A stretch of DNA of 64,000 nucleotides from an uncultured Treponema sp. (GTDB lineage: Bacteria; Spirochaetota; Spirochaetia; Treponematales; Treponemataceae), in NCBI GenBank assembly GCA_937890485.1, contig CALBXN010000010.1, positions 1,178 through 65,177 of the forward strand. The letters are read 5' to 3'. Position 1 is the first letter of the stretch. Each line of letters begins with the position of its first letter. A program made the position numbers and the translations under genes. Below the pieces are notes generated by a model that had not been told where the DNA came from, searched no databases, and saw only the letters and a list, made by a program, of their open reading frames with translations. Positions 7,700-16,442 of this stretch are shown here, piece after piece.

Positions 7700-7870
7700 A
7701 TGAGTAATCGTATGTTGCAGATGCAGTTGCGGGAAATAGAAGAATATAATAAGAAATCTGCTTTGTTGAACCCAAAAACCAGAGCTGAGTACATAAAGAG
7801 AACCAGAGAATTGGAAAAGAGGGAAGAGATGAGAAAGCAGTATTATAAGAAAACACGTTTATTAGGATAA
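7700..7870 (+). CDS. hypothetical small protein (56 aa)
   Basis: Hand-translated. SD AGAAAGGA upstream of ATG 7700. Confidence 0.45.
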   Translation: MSNRMLQMQLREIEEYNKKSALLNPKTRAEYIKRTRELEKREEMRKQYYKKTRLLG

Positions 7871-7909
7871 AATGTTGATTTTAAAGCAGAAAATATAGAG
7901 GAATGTACG

Positions 7910-8254
7910 ATGAAAAGAGTTAAATTTAACACAAATAAAACTGTAGATGTGGTTTGCAAGGAAATTGAACAGATGATTCCTTGTGTTTTAGGTACTAAAC
8001 CTAAGAAAGAAAAGAGAGATAAAGAGATAGTATATTATCCTGCTCGTAAATTTCTTGGAACAGATGACATGATGGATGATGTAAGTATTATTGTTAGAAA
8101 GGTAAATAACTCTTTGACTAATATCAAATTGGAATATTCTGAGTATTTTGAAAAAGAGTGTTCTTCATTTGGATTAAATTGGAGAGTTCCTGCTTTAAGA
8201 AAGGCATATTCAACACTTGAAAATATTTTGAGTCAGATGTTTAAACAGTCTTAG
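7910..8254 (+). CDS. hypothetical protein (114 aa)
   Basis: SD GAGGA upstream. No motif recognised. Confidence 0.6.
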   Translation: MKRVKFNTNKTVDVVCKEIEQMIPCVLGTKPKKEKRDKEIVYYPARKFLGTDDMMDDVSIIVRKVNNSLTNIKLEYSEYFEKECSSFGLNWRVPALRKAYSTLENILSQMFKQS

Positions 8255-8282
8255 AACACGAGTTCTATAAGGAGAATATGTA

Positions 8283-8477
8283 ATGAAAAGACGTAGAGTG
8301 GAAGTCACAGAAGATTATGTATATGAATCTTATGATCAATTCAAGAATCATCATAGAGAAATGGTTGAAGTAGGTTTTAGACCGCATTCATCATCAGATG
8401 TTCCTGAATACTATACTAATCATGAGATGGATAGTTATTATGTATCTTATGTTAAAAGTGTAGTAAACCAGTATTAA
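8283..8477 (+). CDS. hypothetical protein (64 aa)
   Basis: SD AAGGAG upstream. A GAAC-N4-GTTC box at 8254-8265 precedes it. Confidence 0.6.
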   Translation: MKRRRVEVTEDYVYESYDQFKNHHREMVEVGFRPHSSSDVPEYYTNHEMDSYYVSYVKSVVNQY

Positions 8478-8516
8478 TTTGGTCTTAAATATTTAATTTT
8501 CAAGAGAAAATGAGAG

Positions 8517-9284
8517 GTGATAAATATATCAGATAGAACAGGTGAAATCGGAAGAAATAATTTTGGAACAGAAATGAAAATCGTAGCATATCGCAGATAT
8601 GATGATATTGATGTGGAGTTTTTAGACGAACATCATTATGTAAAAGAACATAATACTTATTCTAATTTTAAATCAGGAGCAATTAAAAATCCTTATGACC
8701 GTTCTGTATACGGAGTTGGTTATGTAGGAGAAGGCAATCATATTATTATTCAGAATAAGAAAGTGTCGTTGTCTTATGAAGTTTGGTCTGAGATGCTTGC
8801 GAGATGTTATTTAGAAGATAGAAAACATTTGCATCCTGCATATTATGGGATAGTTATAGTCTGTGATGAATGGCAATGTTATCACAGATTTGCTGATTGG
8901 TATGAAGAACATACATACGAATGTGAGGGACGTTTACATTTGGACAAAGATATTCTCTATCCAGGTAATAAAATATATTCGCCAGAAACATGTGTATTAG
9001 TACCACAACGCATTAATATGTTATTTATGAATAAGCCCAATAAACGTGGCTTGCCAAATGGAATCACAAAATATGTTAATGGATATCTTGCTAAATATAA
9101 TGGACAAGAATTAGGTGTGTTTCCTACTTTAGAAGAAGCCTATCGTGAACAAACTAAGAAGAAAAAGGAAGCGATAGTACAAATTGCAAACGAATATAGA
9201 GAAGTAATACCTGAAAATGTTTACAAGGCGTTACTTGCATATGAATTTAAGATTGAAAATGATAAAAACTATGTAGCAGCGTAA
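8517..9284 (+). CDS. putative free-standing homing endonuclease with AP2-like DNA-binding domain (paralog 1 of 3)
   Basis: Paralogous to 28564-29385 and 38476-39222. Shared blocks: MKIVAYR..DIDV.F, CDEW..F..FADWYEE, GRLHLDKDI.YPGN..YSP..C, RGLPNGI..GYLAKYN..LGV.PT.EEAY (AP2-like). Confidence 0.55.
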   Translation: MINISDRTGEIGRNNFGTEMKIVAYRRYDDIDVEFLDEHHYVKEHNTYSNFKSGAIKNPYDRSVYGVGYVGEGNHIIIQNKKVSLSYEVWSEMLARCYLEDRKHLHPAYYGIVIVCDEWQCYHRFADWYEEHTYECEGRLHLDKDILYPGNKIYSPETCVLVPQRINMLFMNKPNKRGLPNGITKYVNGYLAKYNGQELGVFPTLEEAYREQTKKKKEAIVQIANEYREVIPENVYKALLAYEFKIENDKNYVAA

Positions 9285-9297
9285 ATAAGGAGCAATT

Positions 9298-9471
9298 ATG
9301 GCGAGATATGGTAGTGGAGATGACGAAACGGTTATTACAGAATACTTAGATGCTCATTTAGAATGTGGTATTAAGCAAAAGAATCTGGATTTAGTACTAG
9401 ATTTGATGGATAAGTTTGTAGAACTGAAAGAATCTGTTATGGAAGGAGAAAATAAGTTATGCATACAGTAA
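9298..9471 (+). CDS. hypothetical small protein (57 aa)
   Basis: Hand-translated. SD AAGGAG upstream of ATG 9298. Confidence 0.45.
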   Translation: MARYGSGDDETVITEYLDAHLECGIKQKNLDLVLDLMDKFVELKESVMEGENKLCIQ

Positions 9472-9814
9472 ATAATAAATTTGAAATCGGAGAGGAATGT
9501 TATTCAGTTTATAGAAAACCAACTCATTATGAATGCCCTATTTGTAATGGTATTGGTGTAAGAACTGTAGTGGTTCTGGTAAGTTACATAATCCAAAACA
9601 GTCTGTGTTGGCAGTTTGCAAGGTTAGAGTGAGAAGAATTGTTGCATCTATTTGGAATGAACGGACAACTATTAAGTATAAGGTTGATGGTGTAGATGAG
9701 TTTAAATTCACAAAGATTAATAGTCGTGGAGAAAATAATTTGTTTAAGACTATTGAAGAAGCAGACAAGTACTGTGTAGAAGTTAATACTAAGCAAACTA
9801 GACCTGAATTTTAG
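9459..9814 (+). pseudogene. frameshifted double CxxCxGxG (DnaJ-type) zinc-finger gene
   Basis: The frame starting at ATG 9459 encodes ..YECPICNGIG and then runs to a stop at 9630. The -1 frame continues CKNCSGSGKLHNPKQSVLAVCKV... into ORF 9605-9814, which has no SD or ATG of its own. Confidence 0.45.
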
Positions 9815-9822
9815 GAGGATAA

Positions 9823-10101
9823 ATGGCAAGAGTAACAATTTTGAGAACAAATAAAGGGACAAAAATTCTTGGTGCAACACAGTGTTCTAATGGAGCTTAT
9901 TGGGACGCTAAAGGTTGTTATAAGTATTGTAATAGTATGGATACAGATTTTATGAAAGAACATCAAGCATTTAAGTTAGTAAGTATTGCTTCTGATTTAG
10001 GACATGATTGTGTTGATGAAGAGCAATGGTGGAAGAATGGAGATAATTTTGTGGATGCGGAAATTGATTATGATGTTGTGCAGACATATCAATATCAATA
10101 A
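9823..10101 (+). CDS. hypothetical protein (92 aa)
   Basis: SD AGGAGG upstream. Confidence 0.6.
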   Translation: MARVTILRTNKGTKILGATQCSNGAYWDAKGCYKYCNSMDTDFMKEHQAFKLVSIASDLGHDCVDEEQWWKNGDNFVDAEIDYDVVQTYQYQ

Positions 10102-10126
10102 ACTTTCCGTTTCAAGGTGGTGTTTT

Positions 10127-10312
10127 ATGAAATTAACATTAAAAGAAGTCATTGAAAAGAGACAACATAAATACGATAAGGATTCAAAATGTTCTTGTAA
10201 CGAATGGTATAAAGGACATATGTGTGGTTGGTATTCAGCTTATCAAGATTTATCAGAGATATTAGAACAAAATGGGTTTGATGTAAACCAGATTGTTATT
10301 GATAGACCTTGA
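10127..10312 (+). CDS. hypothetical protein (61 aa)
   Basis: Internal ATG of track ORF 10004-10312, preceded by AAGGTGG. The upstream extension overlaps the previous gene. Confidence 0.55.
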   Translation: MKLTLKEVIEKRQHKYDKDSKCSCNEWYKGHMCGWYSAYQDLSEILEQNGFDVNQIVIDRP

Positions 10313-10344
10313 TGAAACCGACATTTTAAGACCGTTTTGGAGGT
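10312..10344 (+). promoter_or_regulatory. conserved intergenic cassette ATGAAA-N6-TTTTAAGACCGTTTTGGAGGT
   Basis: The 23-nt core CATTTTAAGACCGTTTTGGAGGT (10322-10344) recurs exactly at 31754-31776. Confidence 0.5.
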
Positions 10345-10350
10345 AAAACA

Positions 10351-10500
10351 ATGTTTAAATTTTATTTTGATATAACAGAATGGTATTTTCCTATCTGTTT
10401 TCATTACTCAACAGTAGGAAATAATCGTAGACCTTGGACATTACAGATAGGTTTCTTGTGTTTTAAGTTAATCATCTGTATTGATGAGGATAGCAGATAG
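10351..10500 (+). CDS. hypothetical small hydrophobic protein (49 aa)
   Basis: Hand-translated. SD GGAGG 7 nt upstream. Confidence 0.4.
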   Translation: MFKFYFDITEWYFPICFHYSTVGNNRRPWTLQIGFLCFKLIICIDEDSR

Positions 10501-10513
10501 AGAGGAGAATTTG

Positions 10514-10789
10514 ATGGACTACTCCAAAGAATTAGTGGATAGCGTTAATAAATATAATGATAATTTGGAGTCTATCGCACAGAGAATATTAAATCTGAAG
10601 ATTGATTTTAATGAAAGGGATATTGAAGTAAGGAATTTACATGGACTTAGAGAGAAAATGTCCGTTATCAATAACACAAAATCAAGAAAAGAAATGGAGA
10701 GGCTTCTTGAAGATGTAATTATTGAGTACGGTTATATGTTAGAAGTGTTTAGAGAAACAGGTGAATTTTCACAAGGAGGAGAACAATGA
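10514..10789 (+). CDS. hypothetical protein (91 aa)
   Basis: ATG 10514 is preceded by AGAGGAG. The track start at 10481 is an extension. Confidence 0.6.
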   Translation: MDYSKELVDSVNKYNDNLESIAQRILNLKIDFNERDIEVRNLHGLREKMSVINNTKSRKEMERLLEDVIIEYGYMLEVFRETGEFSQGGEQ

Positions 10790-11070
10790 AGAACGTAGAG
10801 ATTTTTACATCAAATTCAATGTATGAAAATGGTAAATGTGTAGGCGGTTATCATGAAATCCACAAGATTAACTACTTACAGAATGCACAGCATCTAATTG
10901 CAACTGTGGAATCTATCATTAAGAACAATCTTTTATATGGTTGTGATGATATAGTTTTGGAGGATGTAATGGTATCTTGTGATGACCGAAAAGTAATTGA
11001 TGAAGTCGGCAAACATTTTAACGGGCAATGTGGTAAAGTCAAGGTTTATGTTGAGTTTATTTATACATAA
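10786..11070 (+). CDS. hypothetical protein (94 aa)
   Basis: ATGA overlap with the previous gene. SD AAGGAGGAG. Confidence 0.6.
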   Translation: MKNVEIFTSNSMYENGKCVGGYHEIHKINYLQNAQHLIATVESIIKNNLLYGCDDIVLEDVMVSCDDRKVIDEVGKHFNGQCGKVKVYVEFIYT

Positions 11071-11075
11071 GGCAG

Positions 11076-11747
11076 GTGAGAACAATAAGTAAAGTTGTGA
11101 TTTTAGATTATGATGACTACTTAGACAAGCGAGTAGAAATCATTTTAGCGAACAGAAAACAAAAATATCATAAGTTATTACATATGGTAGGAACTGTAAC
11201 AAGAACTTCGTCTGGTGAAGTCGGTGTTACAGTAGATGGAATTAAAAATGAAGCAAGTCAATATGGAGTATTTTGGTTCAAAAGACATGAATTAAGAATA
11301 ATGGAGGATAAGAACATGACAGGATTTGAAAGAGTAGCAATTGTAAATTTATTGGATGATTATAATAAGAAGGATTATGGTTTCGCATTATACGAAGAGG
11401 ATTGGAAGCTATTAAAAGGCGATGGTCATTTGGTAGTTGTTAATGCAAGAGGTAAAAATAATCGTATTCTTGGTACTGTAAAGTCTATTATGAGCGTAGA
11501 AGAGTATGGAAAGAATGTAACTGCACAAGTTGTAGGCGTTGTTAATATGGACAGATATGATGCAGAAATCGCAGAAGAAAATAGACTTGCTGAAATCGCT
11601 AAGAAGAAAGTAGAAATTGAAAAGGCATTAGATGCAGAGATTAAGAAGAGAAAAGATTCTGAATATTATGAAAGAATGGCAAAGGAATATAGTGATAATC
11701 CTCTGATTGTTCAGTTAGTAGAAGAGTTGAAGGGGTTGGGTGTGTAA
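11076..11747 (+). CDS. hypothetical protein (223 aa)
   Basis: Long ORF in the co-directional array. GTG start with a weak SD. Confidence 0.6.
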   Translation: MRTISKVVILDYDDYLDKRVEIILANRKQKYHKLLHMVGTVTRTSSGEVGVTVDGIKNEASQYGVFWFKRHELRIMEDKNMTGFERVAIVNLLDDYNKKDYGFALYEEDWKLLKGDGHLVVVNARGKNNRILGTVKSIMSVEEYGKNVTAQVVGVVNMDRYDAEIAEENRLAEIAKKKVEIEKALDAEIKKRKDSEYYERMAKEYSDNPLIVQLVEELKGLGV

Positions 11748-11773
11748 CCTAATTGCTTCTTAAAGGAGGATTT

Positions 11774-12097
11774 ATGTTTGGCAAATATAAAGTGGCTCAT
11801 TTACTTGGAATTACAAGAGAACATGAAAAGCAATTCAGACATGTAGAAACCGAATTGACAAAGAAGGGATATATTTGCTTTGCACCTGTAATTTACAATC
11901 TTGAGGTATATAAGCAATATCCAGATTTGTTAGATGATATGTGTTATGAAAAATTGTTAGTTTGTGATATTTGTGTGGTTGTGACACCCGAACATATAGG
12001 TAAATCGACTTCAAATAGAATTAGGCAAGCAAAGGAATTAAATAAGCCAGTATATGTATGGGAAAATAATGAATTAAGAATTATGGAACAGCCATAA
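11774..12097 (+). CDS. DUF4406 / nucleoside 2-deoxyribosyltransferase-like fold protein (tentative)
   Basis: SD AAAGGAGG before ATG 11774. The pattern F..VE.EL.KKGY.CF.PV...CD.CVVV.P..IG.ST...I..A.ELNKPVY fits that family loosely. Confidence 0.35.
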   Translation: MFGKYKVAHLLGITREHEKQFRHVETELTKKGYICFAPVIYNLEVYKQYPDLLDDMCYEKLLVCDICVVVTPEHIGKSTSNRIRQAKELNKPVYVWENNELRIMEQP

Positions 12098-12154
12098 ATC
12101 AAAGATTTTATTGACAAAATAAGAGAATATAAAAGAGAAAAGGAGATTAAAACT

Positions 12155-14266
12155 ATGGAATTTACAACAATGAGAAACATGTTAATGGAGCATTTTGCTG
12201 AGATGACTAAGGATGTAACACATTTATTTGAGGTAAACGTAGACAAGGATGAGATGTGGAATCTTTACTTAGACAGTTTTCCAGCAGGTACAAACGAGAT
12301 TTACAGAGAGCGTAGATGGCACGATTGTTCTTGTTGTAGACAGTTTGTTAAGACAATTGGTAACGCAGTTGTTATCAAGGACAACAAGATTACAACAATT
12401 TGGGATTTCAGAACAGATGATAGTACATATCAGCCAGTATTGGATGCATTATCTGCTTTCATCAAGTCTCATGCAGTATCAGATATTTATGTAAGTAAGT
12501 TCAATAAGATTGGTACTTTTCAGAACTATGAAGAGATGGAAGATGGTCATATGCACGAATGGACACACTTCTTCTTAGACCTTCCTGATAAGTTTGTAGA
12601 TAGAAGTAGTCGCTCTGAAGGTGATATTAAGGGTGGATTCAGAGACACAAGAAATGTATTTAAGCGTTCTCTTGATGAGATTAATATGGATGCACTTGAT
12701 ACAATCCTTGAACTTATCACTTCCAACACTCTTTACAAGGGAGAAGAATGGAAGGGAGCTTTAACTGAGTTCCGTAAGTACAAGAATGAATATGACAAAC
12801 TTACAACAGAAGAAGAGAAGAATAACTTTGCATGGGAACAGTCTGTAAAGGTTGGTATTGTAATCGGTAGAATCAGAAATCACAGTATTGGTACACTTCT
12901 TGTAAATGTAAGTGAAGGTATGGATTTAGACACAGCAGTTAAGAAGTATGAACAGATTGTTGCACCTGCAAATTATAAGCGTCCAAAGGAAATCTTCACA
13001 AAGAAGATGTTAGAGGATGCAAAGAAAACCATTACAGAATTAGGTTATATGGATTCTCTTGGTAGAAGATTTGCTACACTTGATGACATTACAGTAAATA
13101 ACATTCTTTTCTCTAACAAGGATTCTGCTAAGAGAATTGGTGGAATGGATGATATCTTTGGAGAAATGGAAAGAGAAGCAAAGGTTAATCCTAAAAAGTT
13201 TTCAAAGGTTGAAGAAATTTCTGTAAAAGATTTTGTGGAAACTGTATTGCCAACTGCTAAAGAAGTGGAAGTATATTTAGAGAATAAACACACATCTAAT
13301 ATGGTTTCTTTAATCGCTCCTGAGAATGGAGACAGTAAGACAATGTTCAAATGGGACAATGGTTTCTCTTGGGCTTATAACGGCAACATGACAGATAGTG
13401 ATATCACTCAGAGAGTAAAGGATGCAGGTGGTCGTACAGATGGTGTTTTAAGATTTTCTCATAGTTGGAACTATGAAGGAATGAGAAATGGTTCTCTTAT
13501 GGACTTACACGTATTTATGCCAGGTTCTAATCAGAAAGTAGAATATAAGAATGGTAAGGAAATCCATGATAATTATGGTAATAATGAACGTGTAGGTTGG
13601 AATCATAGAAAACATTTGGCTTCTGGTGGTGTTCAAGACGTTGATTACACATCAATTGCACCAGTTGGATACATCCCTGTCGAAAACACCACATTCCCTT
13701 CTATGGATAAGTTAAAAGAAGGTATTTATGAGTTCAAGATTCATAACTGGAATTTCCGTAATCCAACAACAGGTGGATTCAAAGCAGAAATTGCTTTTGG
13801 TGGTCAGGTATATAAGTTTGTTAGAAGAGAGCCATTGCAGCATAAGGAATGGGTAACTTTAGCAAAGTTAGAATTGAAGAATGGTGAGTTTAAAATCCTT
13901 GAAATGATGGAAAATGATACAACGCCAGTAGAGATTTGGAATTTACACACAAATCAGTTCATACCTGTTTCTGTTGTGATGTATAGTCCTAACTATTGGG
14001 ATGAACAGGATGGTATTGGACATAGACATTACTTCTTTATGTTGAAGGATTGTGTAAATCCTGAGACACCAAACGGTTTCTACAACGAGTTTTTGAAGAA
14101 TGAATTAGTAGAGCATAAGAGAGTATTTGCAGCACTTGGTTCTAAAATGCGTGTTAAGAATGTAGAAGACCAGTTATCAGGACTTGGTTTCTCTGTAACA
14201 AAGCGTGATGAACTGATTGTAAAGGTAAAAGGTAACACAGAAAGGGTATTAAAAGTTAAATTCTAA
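12155..14266 (+). CDS. large conserved hypothetical protein (703 aa) with HDCSCCRQF motif
   Basis: SD AAAGGAG. Clean 2.1-kb ORF with an N-terminal YRERRWHDCSCCRQF cysteine motif and a C-terminal beta-rich region. Family not recognised. Confidence 0.75.
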   Translation: MEFTTMRNMLMEHFAEMTKDVTHLFEVNVDKDEMWNLYLDSFPAGTNEIYRERRWHDCSCCRQFVKTIGNAVVIKDNKITTIWDFRTDDSTYQPVLDALSAFIKSHAVSDIYVSKFNKIGTFQNYEEMEDGHMHEWTHFFLDLPDKFVDRSSRSEGDIKGGFRDTRNVFKRSLDEINMDALDTILELITSNTLYKGEEWKGALTEFRKYKNEYDKLTTEEEKNNFAWEQSVKVGIVIGRIRNHSIGTLLVNVSEGMDLDTAVKKYEQIVAPANYKRPKEIFTKKMLEDAKKTITELGYMDSLGRRFATLDDITVNNILFSNKDSAKRIGGMDDIFGEMEREAKVNPKKFSKVEEISVKDFVETVLPTAKEVEVYLENKHTSNMVSLIAPENGDSKTMFKWDNGFSWAYNGNMTDSDITQRVKDAGGRTDGVLRFSHSWNYEGMRNGSLMDLHVFMPGSNQKVEYKNGKEIHDNYGNNERVGWNHRKHLASGGVQDVDYTSIAPVGYIPVENTTFPSMDKLKEGIYEFKIHNWNFRNPTTGGFKAEIAFGGQVYKFVRREPLQHKEWVTLAKLELKNGEFKILEMMENDTTPVEIWNLHTNQFIPVSVVMYSPNYWDEQDGIGHRHYFFMLKDCVNPETPNGFYNEFLKNELVEHKRVFAALGSKMRVKNVEDQLSGLGFSVTKRDELIVKVKGNTERVLKVKF

Positions 14267-14288
14267 GAAAGAAAAGGAGAATAAGATT

Positions 14289-14681
14289 ATGATGAAAGAA
14301 ATGAATATTTTTGAATTTGCAACAAGACATGCGTTGAGATTTCCATACAAAGGAAGTCAGTCGGTGGAAGATTTATGGAAATTACCTGTTAAAGAATTAG
14401 ATGGTATCTATAAAGACTTAAATAAGGAAGTAAAAAAATCTGAAGAAGATAGTCTTTTAAATACAAAAGATAATGTAGATGTTGTATTAAAAGTAAAAAT
14501 TGAAATCATCAAACATATTGTATCTGTAAAATTAGAAGAAGCAGAAATTGCTAAAAAAACAAAAGAAAATAAAGAAAAAGAACAGAAGATTATGTCTATT
14601 CTCGCAGCTAGAGATGATAAAGCATTAGAAAACGCATCAGATGAAGATTTACGAAAGATGCTTGCTGAAATTAGAGGTTAA
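14289..14681 (+). CDS. hypothetical protein (130 aa)
   Basis: SD AAAGGAG. Followed directly by a strong terminator. Confidence 0.65.
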   Translation: MMKEMNIFEFATRHALRFPYKGSQSVEDLWKLPVKELDGIYKDLNKEVKKSEEDSLLNTKDNVDVVLKVKIEIIKHIVSVKLEEAEIAKKTKENKEKEQKIMSILAARDDKALENASDEDLRKMLAEIRG

Positions 14682-14690
14682 AACAGTAGT

Positions 14691-14730
14691 GGTCGTGTAG
14701 TGGTGTAATGGCTATTACACGACCATTTTT
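14691..14730 (+). terminator. intrinsic terminator
   Basis: 9-bp stem GGTCGTGTA/TACACGACC followed by ATTTTT. Confidence 0.7.
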
Positions 14731-14774
14731 CACCATGAAAAGTTAATTTTAAGTCCTTTTGAAAGGAGGAAAAT

Positions 14775-15050
14775 ATGAAACTTGGAGATGTTTATAAACA
14801 CAAAGAGAACAATTCTATTATCCAAATAGACAGTTTTGCATCACATATGGGAGATTTCTTAGAAGGACATATCGTTGTATTCCGACAGATTGAGAAACAT
14901 AATGAATTTGAAATTGGTAGTTGTCCGAGTTTCAATGGTTATGGTTCACAGGAAGAAATTGAAAATGAGTATGAGTTATTAGTTTCACAAGAAGAATTAA
15001 GTAATTATTCAGATTGGAATGAGATTTTGAAATTGGCTGAACAGTCTTAA
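14775..15050 (+). CDS. hypothetical protein (91 aa)
   Basis: SD AAAGGAGG upstream. Confidence 0.6.
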   Translation: MKLGDVYKHKENNSIIQIDSFASHMGDFLEGHIVVFRQIEKHNEFEIGSCPSFNGYGSQEEIENEYELLVSQEELSNYSDWNEILKLAEQS

Positions 15051-15089
15051 ATCCAACGATTTGTTGACAAATATTTATGGAGGTAAGGA

Positions 15090-15476
15090 ATGGATTGGAG
15101 AACTGCAACTAAAATAAGATTACTTGCAGATTTTGATGGTTCTTTCTTTAACGAAAGAGAAGAATTCATTGCACACAAATATTCTAATACATACTTTATT
15201 TTTGCAAATTGTGAGTGTTTAGAAGATGTAAATTGCAAGGTTCTGGAATGGTTATCAAGAGCAGCCGACAAAGGTATTCCATATAGACAAGAGTGGAGAA
15301 ACAAGAAATTTCAGAAGTTTATGCTTGACGGAATAAATATGTTCTTACATACAGATTTCAGCAAAGAAGATATAGACATTATCTATACATATTTAGGTAA
15401 TGCTTGCAATCATCAGAGAACATTAGAGTTTGTGCGTAGTGGGTATGATATGGAATTATTAAGAAAATTATGTTAA
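15090..15476 (+). CDS. hypothetical protein (128 aa)
   Basis: SD GGAGGTAAGG upstream. Confidence 0.6.
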   Translation: MDWRTATKIRLLADFDGSFFNEREEFIAHKYSNTYFIFANCECLEDVNCKVLEWLSRAADKGIPYRQEWRNKKFQKFMLDGINMFLHTDFSKEDIDIIYTYLGNACNHQRTLEFVRSGYDMELLRKLC

Positions 15477-15587
15477 AAGTAGCCATTGAACGAAGGTTTC
15501 ATCGGGAAAAGTGAGGTGAATTTATAATGAATCCATTAGATGAATTAAAGAAAAGAATGGAAACGCTAGAAGTCAGCAAGAAAATAT

Positions 15588-15962
15588 ATGGAAGAATACT
15601 TTGGAAGAATAGAGAAGAATAGAGAAAAGATATCTTCTAAAGAGTATATTGATTGGGTTTATGACTATGTTTCTGTTAATAAACACGCAGATGATGAAGG
15701 TGCTTTATATGTCTATGAAGGAATTGACGCTGAGAATGGACAAGTATTAAGTGCTTTTCTTGACTATGTGAAAGAGTTAGCAACACAACAGAGAGTTCTT
15801 GTAACACCTGCTGATGATTGTCATTTTGATAGTGAACAAGCAACTGTAAAGATTAAGGATAAGTATTTTGAGATTTTTAGAATGCATGGACAGGGTTCAT
15901 GGACTTCTATTGGATTATTAGACGAAGAACCTGACTATGCGTTTGTGAAAATTCCTTATTAA
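15588..15962 (+). CDS. hypothetical protein (124 aa)
   Basis: Weak SD. Overlapped by a 31-codon upstream ORF (15527-15622) that has a strong SD. Confidence 0.5.
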   Translation: MEEYFGRIEKNREKISSKEYIDWVYDYVSVNKHADDEGALYVYEGIDAENGQVLSAFLDYVKELATQQRVLVTPADDCHFDSEQATVKIKDKYFEIFRMHGQGSWTSIGLLDEEPDYAFVKIPY

Positions 15963-15995
15963 AAGAAACATTTTCAAGACAAAACGGAGGCAAAA

Positions 15996-16430
15996 ATGGC
16001 ATTAGATAAAGAACCAGTAAAATTAAGTTATGCGTTGAGAGTAGCAAAAGAATATTATCCAAAGGATAAATATGACCATGCTATGAGAGTAATGCAGTAT
16101 GTGGCAGATAACGAAATGATTCAATATGAGTATAGAGAGGATTGTTTAGCATTAGCCGTTATGCATGATTTGTTAGAAGATACAGAATATCAGGCAAGTA
16201 GTTATGGATTAGGTGAATGTTTTTTTGATGCTTTGGAGTTATTAACAAAACCAAAAGATATGGATTACATTGAATATATTAAAAAGATTCATGACACTGC
16301 TTATACAAATTGGAGAATGTGTGCTTGGTGGGTTAAGTTAGCAGATATGAAAGACCACTTGGCTCAAACGGAAACATTAACAGAAAAGTTAAGAGATAAG
16401 TATTTGGCAGCTTTGCCATATTTATTGTAA
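15996..16430 (+). CDS. HD-domain (p)ppGpp/(p)ppApp hydrolase-like protein (small alarmone hydrolase, SpoT/Mesh1 HD type)
   Basis: YDHAMRV...LALAVMHDLLEDT...LELLTKP...KLADMKDHL follows the RelA/SpoT HD_4 pattern H..HDxxED..KxAD. Confidence 0.6.
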   Translation: MALDKEPVKLSYALRVAKEYYPKDKYDHAMRVMQYVADNEMIQYEYREDCLALAVMHDLLEDTEYQASSYGLGECFFDALELLTKPKDMDYIEYIKKIHDTAYTNWRMCAWWVKLADMKDHLAQTETLTEKLRDKYLAALPYLL

Positions 16431-16442
16431 GAGGTGGATAAT

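Noticed and set aside
12110-12115. TTGACA/ATTGAC hexamers close to start codons (12110, 15063, 43662, 45477, 60509, 59610) as sigma-A -35 boxes.
   Set aside because: No acceptable -10 lies 16-18 nt downstream, and that position falls in or after the SD, which would give leaderless or SD-less mRNAs. They fit better as variants of the recurrent intergenic cassette.
15527-15622. A 31-codon ORF with a strong SD overlapping the weak-SD start of gene 15588-15962, as evidence of another frameshifted gene.
   Set aside because: The frame of 15588 is closed by a TAG at 15567, so the two cannot be fused by a simple indel upstream of it. More likely this is a leader ORF or chance. Noted only in the feature evidence.
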